From Octopus bimaculoides (Eukaryota): a stretch of DNA of 64,000 nt. The translations under genes and the position numbers were made by a program. The stretch is from the NCBI RefSeq assembly GCF_001194135.2, contig NC_068990.1, positions 62,839,879 to 62,903,878 on the forward strand. The letters are read 5' to 3'. This document shows positions 25,486 through 38,575 of the stretch, one piece after another. The notes below the pieces were generated by a model. That model was not told the origin of the DNA and did no database searches. It worked only from the letters and a program-made list of their open reading frames with translations. The stretch's first letter is position 1. Each line of letters opens with the position of its first letter.

Positions 25486-28400
25486 TTCACTGATATTTAC
25501 TCTTACGTAGACAAAAGTTTTACGGTTAGAGATATTTCGAGATCGTATCTAGTGAAAGATATTCTGCCAGTAAAAGGAAGTTGTAGTTTACTCTCAATCC
25601 TCATAATTTAAAACTTTCAGACATCAATATAATTATGAAAGCCATTCCTATTCATGTTTAGGGCAGTGTATTCCATCTCATATACACTCTAGAATTTTAT
25701 TATTTTACCAATAACCATACCTCCTAATACAGGTGCCGGGTATGGCCAATATAAACAATTCTTCTACAATTAAGAACTGGAATTGAAATTATTACCACGA
25801 CTTGAAATTTCATTTACTTTTCGTTTGATTTTTTAAATATGAACAATAAATCGAAGGACAAATTATGATTATTACCAATATTATAATTAGAGCAGAGCAC
25901 ATTAAGTAGCATCTTAATGATATTCCTTTATTTTCGTTGTTAATTTTTCCCCAGCACTTGCATTTTTGTTAAAAATCGTATGTAAGCTTCTTTTATTATG
26001 CGTTTGTCTTTTACTTCCTAATTAAGTAGTTGAATTTCTCTCAAGAATTTTAGAGAATATATTCTTTCAAATTCAAGAAAGGCGGTCAGTAGCCATAAGA
26101 ATTTACTCTAGTACACTCTCCCCCTCATAAATCCACCCTGATTGAAGAATCTACTACGACTAACAGGAAAAGGTATCCAAACACTACATTGAAAAATCCT
26201 TGAAAAAATTCAGAATATGTAACATGCCAATAAAAAAGACACATATGACAGAAAACAACTTATTAAAAGGAATAAAAAGGAGGAGCTCACTTAAGTTTAA
26301 GGAACATCTGAATGGATCGAGTTTTTCTCCTTTCAGTTAGCGATAATGAATTCTTTTTAATTGTAAAATGAATAAAACTTAGCAAATATTGCTTTCAAGA
26401 CAAGGATTTCTGTCATGACCCAAAATGTTGGACCACTCTTTCTCTGCACGCAGAAGGAACTTTTAAAGACCGTATGTTCTTTATTTTAAACTATAACCAA
26501 TATACCACCACCATTTAGTTAGTCAGCCATTCTATCAAATTTTTGGAAAGTTTTATCAAAGACCAAAGAAATTCAAGATTTGTTCTTGACTAAGCGAGAG
26601 CTGAATTTAATAACTTATGAAACTTTATTCTAATCATGGTAAGCCACGAAATATGTCATAAATTAGGAGGCGTATTATTGACTGTTAACAATATAATTAA
26701 TTAAACAAATTATATTTTAAAAATATTACTGTAACTAATATAATTAAATCTATATTTATATAACAGAATTAAACACATGCTAAAAAAGCACGCGAAAATG
26801 TTTAAAAAGTATACTAACAATGAAATTAAATTAATAAAAGAGAACCATATGTCTTGTTTATAAAGACTGATTTTGAAAAGGAAATTAGTTCCCTTTTCTT
26901 CAAGGGTTAAGAGAAAATAATTTTAGTCTGATGAGTTATAACACTGTAAAGAGATACACTAAGTTGACCAAACACACCATCAACATCTGTCTTCGTACTT
27001 ACTGATGATATCTAAAACTAATCCTTCTGAAAAGGTACTTATCTCTACTAAACGAAATAGCGTTGTAGAGAGTCGACTTATAAATTTTATGATCTTTCAT
27101 CTCAACCAAGTGAAATATTTGCCAGCTCTATGATAACTAATTCATGGTAAACGATGTGTTTAATACTCGAATGTATTGCTTTGCTTTCGGGTCCCAACTC
27201 CTGATAAAATCTTCAGGAGGAAATTAGCTGTGGTCAACTGATTTTTTTTCAGAAGAGAGTCTAACAACTAGATAGAAAGAGTGAGAGGAAGAGAAATGTG
27301 TTGACCTAGATGAGAATTGAATATAACAGATTACTAATGTAACAGAACAAAGGAGTGAGCTGAGAACGGAAATAATTACCACAAAGCAATCTATTTAATG
27401 CAATCTATCCAACGCTTTAAGCTCTTCACGCATGTTCCTTTACGTCGAATATGAGATCGTGAGCCTACTGACTCCATGCTACTGAAAGCATTTTATGCAT
27501 ATCCCCAAATCGTTGTAACGGTTTTAAATATTGTAGATCATTGTAAGGCTATTGTGGAACTTGAAGAAATTCGGTTTGAGATATTTCAAGATGATGTGAG
27601 AGATTTTTCTATTGAGCATTTGTGAGCAACCAGCCAGATTTCGCATTTAGTAGCAACATTTACAGACTAACTACCAGAGGAGGAAATATAGTAATTCTTA
27701 CATCCGCACACAACTGTAACAGTGCATGCTACTTTCTTGCCAAAAACGTCTTCAGAATGTCTATAATTCCTCAGATATTCCATTACATAAATTTTTGTCT
27801 TTTAGTCAGAAATACATTCAGCTTTCTCTATCCAATATTCAGCTTTTCTCTTCCATGAAAATTTAACTTAGCTCAGCTGAGCTAAATAATGAATAAATAA
27901 ATAAATAGATAATAAAAGATCTCGTTCTTTGAAATCAAACTGAAATTAGTCAGTAGTCCCTAAGATTTCCTGACATTTTTGTTCTTCCGTAACCAAAATA
28001 AACTTAACAACGCTGCTATGGATGAAACCTTGTATAATACAAATATTTATATAATATTCCAACTAAGAAAGTGTTCTTATATTTTCTAGAGTGATTTGGA
28101 AAGTTATTTCATTTGATTAGTCACAGATATCTGTTTTAAAATACTGTAATATAGCAGAACAAAGAAGAGTTCGTTATTTTAGGAATTTCAGTGCAAAACG
28201 GAAATACTTTTGTCTTTTACTTGGAATCGAATCAGGATTACACCTCCCCACGGAAGTAACGAAACATAGTCGACTGATTATTTAGATATTCAGAGGATAA
28301 TAACATAGCATTGCCTAACTAATCCAGATGGTGATTTGAGAGAAATATTATAAATATATTGATTTTAATTATAGAAGCAACCTTAAGCGATCTTAACTAG

Positions 28401-29071
28401 GTGGTTTTATCAGTGCCTGTAATTATTCTGTCGTCTGTTGACAATAACTATCGACTGTCCTAATTAGGGTGATATCAGTGATACTTCATTGTGATGGAAC
28501 GAATTGGTGTACACCTTTTTCTACTCAGAATGAAAGAAAGAAATGAGAGAGAGATATAGAGAAAGACAACAGATGTATTCTGTTTATTGTTTCTCTTATT
28601 TTCTTCCACAGTATCTTATACACAGTCTATTACACACGATTTCTCTTTAATATCTGGAAAGTTGTTCTGAAAAATATTAAAACATATGTGTCGATGGATC
28701 TATCAAATTCCAAATCAAAATGTTCTCAGTCATAGCATTTGATATATGGCATTAAGGTAACGTATCGTGTATGAGAAGTGAAAATCTATCCACGAGAATA
28801 ATTAAAAACAATTCTAGAAGATATCGTTTGTCTTTAAAGATATGGGAAGTATTATATCGTATTTAACTTACTGTTATAATGGCCCCTTTTCTATGATTTA
28901 GCACAAATTTTAAAAATATAACTTTGGTTGTTGAACAAGTTTGTCTTTTCAATCTAACTGGCAGCCTCTACGTGGTCACTCACCTTTCTAGAAATAACTG
29001 CCAAATTTTCTTCAAATTCCACTGTGCTATCTTAGAAAAAAGACATATAAGATATACTGGCATTCCAACAG

Positions 29072-29332
29072 TTTGCTCTTGAAATTAACGTGCAAGTGGC
29101 TGAGCACTCCACAGACACGCGTACCTTAACGTAGTTCTCGGGGAAATTCAACATGACACAGAATGTGACAAAGCTGGTCCTTTGAAATACCAGTACTACT
29201 CATTTTTGCCAGCTGAGTAAACTGGAGCAGTTTGTAATGAAGTGACTTGCGCAAAAATACAACGCGTCGCCGGGAATTGAACGCACAAACATATGATCCG
29301 AATACCCTAACCACTAAGCTACGCGCCTTCAC
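29072..29332 (-). mobile_element. SINE family D (tRNA head, CORE-like gcaagtcacttcatt)
   Basis: The reverse complement has an A box tagcttagtggtta and a B box gttcaattccc. The tail is shared with 43225-43345. Confidence 0.75.
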
Positions 29333-31289
29333 GCGTCTAGAGAAAGAGAAAAGCGTGATGAACACACCCAGCATGCCTTTTTTCATACGTCTGTTCGATC
29401 AAGGTTATGTAGATAAGCAATAAGAGGAGCAAAGAAGGGTAAAAAAGAAGAAATAATGTTTCACTAATAATCTTTCTTAAAAATAAAATAAATCTTCAGG
29501 ACTAAACAAAGGTAGGATTGCTGAGGAAAACAGGAGTAAGAAACATTTAGAACTCCGAGTAATTTAATTCCGAGTTTACATTTATAAGCTCGATGAAAAT
29601 CTGTGTACTTTTCACATGCTATCGCCCTGTTGTCAATAACAGACTCGATAGATAAGTTGCCTCATTAGCTAAACTAAATCAGAACATTGTGGAGTCAGTT
29701 TGACGAGTGACGGAACAAACCTAATAGTGTATAACAACTACCTTTAGATTTCCTACTTCTGCATTAGTGTGTGTGCAGAGAGGGAAGAGTGGTGGACAGA
29801 GAGATTGCTATAAATGATTTTAGATAATTACAGTTAACGTGAAGGTCTCTTCAGATGACGGGTCCGCCATTTCTTGCTGAACAACTTGCATAGATAATTT
29901 GCTTATAGTGATCAAATATTTGTGCTATACATTAGTTCATTCTCTCCATCAAATCACCATTGACTGTACTGGTGTACAGAATGTCTCACGTTAGATGTGG
30001 AAGTCATCTCAGAGCAACGCCAAATGAAATGTTTCGCTCAAGAACACAAGGCTCAAGAACTCGACGCATCGCCTGGTCCAGGAATCGGAACCTTGATCAG
30101 GCATTCAAGAGTACACAGCCTTGACAAAAAGGTTATGTGCCTTCGAAATTACATTTAATAAAAATAAATAGATCAAACATCTCTTACTGGAATGTAAAGG
30201 AAGACATGACTGTGCTATTTCCGTGCTTCTCACGAGGTTATTAACAGTGAAAATAAATCGAATGAGATTCCACCGGGGCTCAAAACAGTTTTTCTTTTTT
30301 TTTTTTGCATCCTGCATATGTGAACTATAACGTCATACGTTACTGATTTCTAAGGAGTCAATAACTGTTCTATAAATTTCTCCGATAGCAACAGAGAAAG
30401 CTGTTTGTATGTTTAACTTTTGTGGAATAAATACAAGATATTTTTATACGTTGCACAGATGTTGTCGCAGATACGCTTCACTAGCGCCATCTTGAATTTG
30501 TCTCAGATCTCCCACTCTTCTCATATCTGAAATATATATATATACATATATNNNNNNNNNNNNNNNNNNNNNNNNNNNNNNNNNNNNNNNNNNNNNNNNN
30601 NNNNNNNNNNNNNNNNNNNNNNNNNNNNNNNNNNNNNNNNNNNNNNNNNNNNNNNNNNNNNNNNNNNNNNNNNNNNNNNNNNNNNNNNNNNNNNNNNNNN
30701 NNNNNNNNNNNNNNNNNNNNNNNNNNNNNNNNNNNNNNNNNNNNNNNNNNNNNNNNNNNNNNNNNNNNNNNNNNNNNNNNNNNNNNNNNNNNNNNNNNNN
30801 NNNNNNNNNNNNNNNNNNNNNNNNNNNNNNNNNNNNNNNNNNNNNNNNNNNNNNNNNNNNNNNNNNNNNNNNNNNNNNNNNNNNNNNNNNNNNNNNNNNN
30901 NNNNNNNNNNNNNNNNNNNNNNNNNNNNNNNNNNNNNNNNNNNNNNNNNNNNNNNNNNNNNNNNNNNNNNNNNNNNNNNNNNNNNNNNNNNNNNNNNNNN
31001 NNNNNNNNNNNNNNNNNNNNNNNNNNNNNNNNNNNNNNNNNNNNNNNNNNNNNNNNNNNNNNNNNNNNNNNNNNNNNNNNNNNNNNNNNNNNNNNNNNNN
31101 NNNNNNNNNNNNNNNNNNNNNNNNNNNNNNNNNNNNNNNNNNNNNNNNNNNNNNNNNNNNNNNNNNNNNNNNNNNNNNNNNNNNNNNNNNNNNNNNNNNN
31201 NNNNNNNNNNNNNNNNNNNNNNNNNNNNNNNNNNNNNNNNNNTACTATTTTCTTTCAGACTTTCTAGAAAATTCTCAGAAAATTTTACC

Positions 31290-32387
31290 ACCATATTTGT
31301 ACCATCTATAGATCACATTAATGTTTTACTCTACGAGTTTCATAAAGGTTTTAATGCAATTGCTGAAGCAAGATCTATTCAGAGCACTTATGGGGATGAT
31401 ATATTGAATGAAAGAAGTTGCAGGAGGTGGTTTTTCCCATTTCCGAAGTGGTGATTTCACTTTGAAAGAAGAGCCAAAAGAAGGGTCGTCCAAAAAATCT
31501 TGATTCTGAAATGCTGGAAGCTCTTGCTTCAGAGAATCTCACCGTTACCACTAGGAAACTTGCAGAGCAGTTAAACGTGGCCCATACAGCCGTGGTACGC
31601 CAGCTAAAACACATTGAAAGGTTTCAGTGGGTGGAAAATGGGACCCTCGCAGGCTATCTCCAGAGAATTGACAACAGCGTGCTGCTTGTTGTCAATCATT
31701 GCTTTTGCGACACTTTCAAGCAACATTTTTAGAAAGGCTTGTTACAGGTGATGAGAAGTGCGGTCTTTACCATAATGCTAAACGCCGCCGTTCTTGGATC
31801 AGTCGAGGAGGACGGCCAGTTCAACAACCGAGAGCAGGACTTCATGCAAAGAAGATCATGTTGAGTGTATGTTGGGATATTAAAGGAGTAATCCATTATG
31901 AACTGTTGAACAACAACCAAACAATTAATGCTAACCTTTATTGTGAGCCAGTTCGTCGTTTGAAAACAGTTCTGAGCCAAAAGCGAACATCTTTGGTTAA
32001 CAAATCTTCCGTCACGATAATGCTCGTCCTCACACAGCTCAACTGGCCAAAACTCTTTTGGAAAAACTTGGTTGGGAAATACTGCCTCATCTTCCATATT
32101 CTCCTGACCTTGCTCCTTCTGATCACCATTTGTTCCAAGAGCTACAGAACCGTTTTGATGGACTTAGATTAACAACAAGAGAAGAGATTGAAAATGAATT
32201 GGATTGATATTTTGGTTCTAAACCTACAGAATTTTACAAGTGTGGCATTTATAAGGTTGTTGAAAGATGGAATGAGGTCATTGAAAGCAATGGAGAGTAT
32301 GTTAATAAATAAATACTTCCATAGTCATTGGCTTATTCATTTTTACCTTAGATCTTTAAATCGGACATTACGTTTGCCCCAACCTGA
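31290..32387 (+). mobile_element. Mariner (cecropia/Hsmar1-SETMAR-like) transposon, degenerate; 5' end probably in the N-gap
   Basis: HTH LLYEFHKG..RRWFSHFRSGDFTL; LVTGDEK..KKIMLSVCWD..HYELL; HDNARPHT; PYSPDLAPSDHHLF (frameshifted). 3' TIR ..cgtttgccccaacctga followed by TA. Confidence 0.9.
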
Positions 32388-33148
32388 TATATATATATAT
32401 ATATANNNNNNNNNNNNNNNNNNNNNNNNNNNNNNNNNNNNNNNNNNNNNNNNNNNNNNNNNNNNNNNNNNNNNNNNNNNNNNNNNNNNNNNNNNNNNNN
32501 NNNNNNNNNNNNNNNNNNNNNNNNNNNNNNNNNNNNNNNNNNNNNNNNNNNNNNNNNNNNNNNNNNNNNNNNNNNNNNNNNNNNNNNNNNNNNNNNNNNN
32601 NNNNNNNNNNNNNNNNNNNNNNNNNNNNNNNNNNNNNNNNNNNNNNNNNNNNNNNNNNNNNNNNNNNNNNNNNNNNNNNNNNNNNNNNNNNNNNNNNNNN
32701 NNNNNNNNNNNNNNNNNNNNNNNNNNNNNNNNNNNNNNNNNNNNNNNNNNNNNNNNNNNNNNNNNNNNNNNNNNNNNNNNNNNNNNNNNNNNNNNNNNNN
32801 NNNNNNNNNNNNNNNNNNNNNNNNNNNNNNNNNNNNNNNNNNNNNNNNNNNNNNNNNNNNNNNNNNNNNNNNNNNNNNNNNNNNNNNNNNNNNNNNNNNN
32901 NNNNNNNNNNNNNNNNNNNNNNNNNNNNNNNNNNNNNNNNNNNNNNNNNNNNNNNNNNNNNNNNNNNNNNNNNNNNNNNNNNNNNNNNNNNNNNNNNNNN
33001 NNNNNNNNNNNNNNNNNNNNNNNNNNNNNNNNNNNNNNNNNNNNNNNNNNNNNNNNNNNNNNNNNNNNNNNNNNNNNNNNNNNNNNNNNNNNNNNNNNNN
33101 NNNNNNNNNNNNNNNNNNNNNNNNNNNNNNNNNNNNNNNNNNATATAC

Positions 33149-33195
<47 letters not shown>

Positions 33196-33388
33196 ATGAG
33201 CCCTAGTCAGCTTCTACCTGCCATTTTCATTCACTAAACATTGGTCTAAAATGTTGCACAGTGGCATCGAACTTCGAACTACGTGTTCTCTTAAACCATA
33301 GAAGTGAACTCCTAAACTATACAACCGTGCTTATGCTTTTAAGGTTTCTTTCTCGGGAACGATATCCACTATAATTAACTAAATATAC

Positions 33389-33480
33389 AACTTCCGGTAA
33401 AAACATAATTAATCTATAATTTAACTTCCGGTATTCGTGAGTAGTATTTCGTTAGTTTAAATATATGTGCGCGCTAATTG
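33389..33480. promoter_or_regulatory. Possible promoter: two ETS sites (aACTTCCGGt), an adjacent GTGAGT donor and an ATTGG box
   Basis: aacttccggt at 33389 and 33423; gtgagt at 33437; gcgcgc and attgg downstream. Motif-level evidence only. Confidence 0.25.
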
Positions 33481-33789
33481 GCTTTGATTCACGGTTCATG
33501 ATCTTTTGTTTTATGTATGACTGCTTATGGGAATCATATGAATTTTACAGTTCATATCTCCTTCCTCCATAGATTACAGCAAAATTGTGTAAATTTCTTT
33601 GTTTGTCTTTTTTTTTGGTGGGGAGTACTGTAATAAAGACAACGGCTTCCTATCGAACATCAGTTCGACCCGAGCATAGACATTACAGGTTCAATCCATT
33701 ACAATTCCTTATTTCTCTAAATTTGAAGTATTCAGATTAAAAGGGGAAGTTGCGTGTTTAAGGTATTTTCAAATCACTAATACATTTAA

Positions 33790-33965
33790 TACTGGTTTCA
33801 AACTTTGGTACAAGGGCAGTAAATTCGGTGGGAGGAGTAAGTCGATTACATTGACCCCAGTACTCAACTGGTACTTATTTTACCGACCCCAAAAAAGATG
33901 ATAGGCACAGTCGACCTCGGTGGAATTTCAACGCAGAACGTAAAAACTGACGACACACCGCTAAG
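33790..33965 (-). mobile_element. SINE family A
   Basis: Reverse complement of the family A core and tail. Confidence 0.85.
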
Positions 33966-34277
33966 ACATCTGTATGAGCGGCCTAATCAAGTGCGAAAAT
34001 AGGAAAATAGGAATATATCTATAATATATAACAGGATACAAATGCACCTGTTCTATGTAAATGGCAAAGAAAAAAGAAAGCAGTGCGAAAAAGCAGCATC
34101 TCACTGATTTGTGGTTTCTGCGGAACGGAAACTGGCATCAATATAGGAAAGATTAGTTGTTAGTGTCGTTGGTAAACTTGAAGTTTGAAAACTTTAATAT
34201 TACAGACGTTCTGTAATATTCGTCAAAGGCCATTGAATCTGTCTAACTATCTATCTATCTATCTATCTATCTATACA

Positions 34278-34313
<36 letters not shown>

Positions 34314-34659
34314 NNNNNNNNNNNNNNNNNNNNNNNNNNNNNNNNNNNNNNNNNNNNNNNNNNNNNNNNNNNNNNNNNNNNNNNNNNNNNNNNNNNNNNN
34401 NNNNNNNNNNNNNNNNNNNNNNNNNNNNNNNNNNNNNNNNNNNNNNNNNNNNNNNNNNNNNNNNNNNNNNNNNNNNNNNNNNNNNNNNNNNNNNNNNNNN
34501 NNNNNNNNNNNNNNNNNNNNNNNNNNNNNNNNNNNNNNNNNNNNNNNNNNNNNNNNNNNNNNNNNNNNNNNNNNNNNNNNNNNNNNNNNNNNNNNNNNNN
34601 NNNNNNNNNNNNNNNNNNNNNNNNNNNNNNNNNNNNNNNNNNNNNNNNNNNNNNNNNNN

Positions 34660-34704
<45 letters not shown>

Positions 34705-35008
34705 ATATATATACAAACACACACATACTGTGTGGGTATGTGTTTGGCTGCGTACCTTGAAATTGATGTTATATCACTTTATGCCCAGTAAAATACCATA
34801 TTGACAATTGACGCTAATGAAAACATCAAATAGACGTAAGGAGTAAATATGACCGACTAAATTCTTGAAGTCGGTGCCGCTATTCGGTCTCACTTCCACA
34901 ACATAATGTTATTTTCTGTACAGAATATTATTCTGTACATAATGTTATTTCCTGTACAAAGTACAGAAAATAACATTATTTCTTTGTTGAAGGACTATTA
35001 GAATTATT

Positions 35009-35158
35009 CTTTTCTACTCTAGGCACAAGGTCCGAAATTTGGGGGGAGGGGGCTAGTCGATTAGATCGACCCCAGTACGCAACAGTTACTTAATTTATCG
35101 ACCACAAAAGGATCAAAGGCAAAGTCGGCCTCGGCGGAATTTGAACTCAGAACATAAA
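35009..35158 (-). mobile_element. 5'-truncated SINE family A with a perfect 16-bp target-site duplication
   Basis: gactattagaattatt at 34993-35008 and 35159-35174 flanks the insert. Confidence 0.88.
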
Positions 35159-35630
35159 GACTATTAGAATTATTGGCGTAAGCAAGGCCAGTGGTTGACA
35201 CAATCGGTACAGCAACGGGTAATAAACCTTACGGTACTTAACTTCTCTGTTCTGGATTCAAATCCAATCTGCCATTTATTTTTCTAGTCAATAATAATAA
35301 AAAAATAAATGTTTGTATAACTATAGAATTCTATTAACTTAACGTATTCGATTTGTTAAACTTTTTTTTCGCAGATATTACTTTTAACTGCCTGTAAGTT
35401 TATAGGAATTACAGGGAGTTAAAGGTAAATTATTCGACCAGATGTTCGAATACCAACCGAAGAGGCAGTAGCACTTATTCTGCATTAGGTTCGCCTCTAT
35501 TGACTGCTTGCATAAAGAGGAACTCTAAAACTTTTAAACCCTTCAGCTTGGTGTCAGAATAGTCGCAGCCCAATTACTGAAGCAAGCAAAAGAACACGCG
35601 TGACTCTGTGTGTGTATGTGTGTGTATATG

Positions 35631-35666
<36 letters not shown>

Positions 35667-35730
35667 TGAGAAAGTTGGTATGTGAAAGCACGTGGTTGGA
35701 TGTATAAAAGATAATAAGAGTGAAAAACTA

Positions 35731-35878
35731 CAGAAGGCTTGTGTTACATGGTTAAAGTATATATTTTAAAATATGTCAGAAAAATGTTATAAAATATTTT
35801 TGGTATATAAACAATGTATTTGGAGAAATTCTGACATAATTTAAATATATACTTTAACCATGTAACACAAGCCTTCTG
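35731..35878. repeat. Inverted repeat, ~50-bp arms, TA-preceded (MITE-like)
   Basis: cagaaggcttgtgttacatggttaaagtatatat.. / ..atatatactttaaccatgtaacacaagccttctg. It ends exactly at an N-gap. Confidence 0.7.
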
Positions 35879-36101
35879 NNNNNNNNNNNNNNNNNNNNNN
35901 NNNNNNNNNNNNNNNNNNNNNNNNNNNNNNNNNNNNNNNNNNNNNNNNNNNNNNNNNNNNNNNNNNNNNNNNNNNNNNNNNNNNNNNNNNNNNNNNNNNN
36001 NNNNNNNNNNNNNNNNNNNNNNNNNNNNNNNNNNNNNNNNNNNNNNNNNNNNNNNNNNNNNNNNNNNNNNNNNNNNNNNNNNNNNNNNNNNNNNNNNNNN
36101 N

Positions 36102-36145
<44 letters not shown>

Positions 36146-37479
36146 TGTTTGTGTGTGTGTAAGCCACGAAGAATAAATACATTCCACAAGACTTAATCTA
36201 TAAAATTTTCGGTAATTGCTCTGGTTGGCGTTCGAGGATCAAATCCGTCGGACCAGGATTAATGAATTAATTGGTGTTTGAATTTTTCTGACGAGCAGTT
36301 CTTTTCTTCTGTACGGTTACTTCAACACAGTATCATGCCAGTTGCAATATGAACTACTAATCTAGACAGGAATAAATGTTATTTCACTTCTATGACATGT
36401 AAGTGCATAGCGTTGTTAAAATAATTCAATTAATTTTATTCTAAAGAGAAAAAATAATGACACAAACATTAAACATATGACCTGCTATTAGAAGTTTTAG
36501 GTTTTCTTCTTTCTATCAAACTAAAGCAAATCGTCTTAGCGTGATCTAAGTACTGCTTGGCAATAAAACTGGCTTGGAAAAATTCAATGAAATATGTTGG
36601 ACTTCTTAGTTTCCAAAAATTCATTTCACAACAGCCATTTTAATTATATTAAATGTTTCATTTGTTTTAGGAACAACGTTATCCGTTCAAAATTATATTT
36701 ATATGACGATAATTTTTCTTCATATTTTACACCACTTTCAAAAACATTGTCTTACACCATTTCATCGAGATCTAATTTTATGAAAACTGAGGCTATACAG
36801 CTATTATTTATAAGTCACTGATGTGCTAATTGTTTCATTTATGCTGTTTGTTTTCACGTCTAGGTATATTATAAACTGAAAAAAAAGTTACGTTAACTTC
36901 ACCTTAATGCGTAAAATTACAAGAAATTAATTGTTTTCACACTAAATTTAATTTCAATAATTGGAAAACAAAATCGTTGACATCATTTTTCATTATTTTA
37001 AAGAGAAAGAATCTCCCCCTAATGTAACATCTTTAACTTAATCAGAAATAGACCTCTTTCTCCTTAATTTAACACAATTTGCATTGCATTATCTAAGTCG
37101 CAGAGACTGGTTTCCTAAATAGGTAAAACGTTATGCAATAAACTAGGTAAAATATTATGGAAAGAGGAAATTAGAGAATAAACAATTTCTAAAGAAGCCC
37201 CAAGCATAATAATTTGTAATTGATGGTATTTAAACAGCTGTATATTCGGAAAATGGTTTCAATAAAACAATATAATAGCTTAATGACATTTTTGAAAGAG
37301 ATATATAAAATCCAAACTAAATACAGTTTCAGGATACAATGAGCATATCAAAAAGAAGTAAACGTAGCCAGTAGAACTCGGACCATGTTGTCATTTAGGA
37401 AGGTTTTTATATTAAATGTTTCCCACTGGCTGTTGAGAATTATTCTGAAAATTTTGTTCGTAGTTTTTCCGAGATTGTG

Positions 37480-38500
37480 ACATATTCCCTCTAATCTAGA
37501 AGTGATGCGGTTCTAACCCTGTCAAAAATACAAGGTTAAAGGCAGCTCTTAGAATGAAAATCACACCCAGAAAGAGATTTAAAAGCGATAAAACGAGCTG
37601 TTGAAACTAGCAACCATCATTTCACTGTCTACAATAGAAGGGGGAACATTCGATATAAGGTAACAAAATGGGTTGAGCACTTCAACAAAGTTGTTGATCA
37701 ACTTTTCTTCTGTGTGCCTCAGTATTGAAGCATCACCATATCTTTTGCCGAGTCTCCGTCTTGTATGTCTGAGTATTGTGTCTGTGTGTCTGTGCTTTTA
37801 TGTTTCTGTAACTCTGTTTATGTATCTGTATATCTGTGTGTTTATGTGTCTGTGAGTCTATGTTTATGTGTCTGTGAGTCTATATTTATGTGTCTGTGAG
37901 TCTATGTTTATGTGTCTGTGAGTCTGTGTGCTTGCTTGGTGTTTCTGTTCTGGTATTTTTCTTTGGTGATCCTAAGGGTGTAATTGCTTCCGCTTGTTGC
38001 ACTTGATTGGTCTACTTCATCCTTTGCTTTTTGTTTCTTCTGTTGAAGCTCCGTTTTAGGCGGTGAATTCCTCCTCTCTCTCTTCCTTGTTTTGACCTCT
38101 ATGAACTTTTTTTACAGTTCTACGTCCTGGGTCCTCTTCTCCACGTCCATTTCGCCTTCTTGTGTTTCTGTTTCTGTAGTTTCCATCGCTATTTTCAGAT
38201 ACCCTTTTCTAATGTGGCCCTTCTCTCCACACTCATGAGAAGTCGCAGGACTCCCCCACCCACCCAACATTACTTCGAGTTTATCCTCATTGGGCAGCTC
38301 CAACGTTTCTGGAATTGCTCTGTATTCGTTCTGATTCGCCATAAAAAATATCTCTAACCCGAACCCCCTTCAATTTATTTGTTGTGTCCGGGTTTTCAAT
38401 ATTACTTTCACTTCCTCCGGTTATATTCGTTGAAAATTGACAAATATACAATACTTTTATATATTTTTCAAACAAAGCTCACCGAAGAATCCGCAGAATA
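37480..38500 (-). mobile_element. ORF1-only Tx1/L1-type element, copy 3, highly decayed; boundaries approximate
   Basis: KVILKTRTQQIN*RGFGLEIFFMANQNEYRAIPETLELPNEDKLEV..CGEKGHIRK aligns with copies 1 and 2. Confidence 0.7.
37841..37925. repeat. 22-bp minisatellite x4 (tttatgtgtctgtgagtctatg) inside copy 3
   Basis: Directly visible. Confidence 0.9.
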
Positions 38501-38536
38501 TTTTATTTTATGAAATTAATCGAAAACTAGTAAAAG

Positions 38537-38575
38537 GTTAGCACGCCGGGCGAAATGCTTAGCGGTATCCCGTCT
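38537..38575 (+). mobile_element. 5' part of a SINE family A head, interrupted at 38575
   Basis: gttagcacgccgggcgaaatgcttagcggtatcccgtct; the SINE resumes at 40295. Confidence 0.8.

Noticed and set aside
18985-27035. CTGATGA motifs (18986, 26928, 27002) as hammerhead ribozyme cores
   Set aside because: No stem II closing onto a correctly spaced GAAA.
28965-29000. Strong minus-strand donor AAG|GTGAGT
   Set aside because: It lies in dispersed repeat family E.
37841-37925. Regular 22-bp repeats as a CRISPR-like array
   Set aside because: Head-to-tail with no spacers, in a eukaryotic context; it is a minisatellite.
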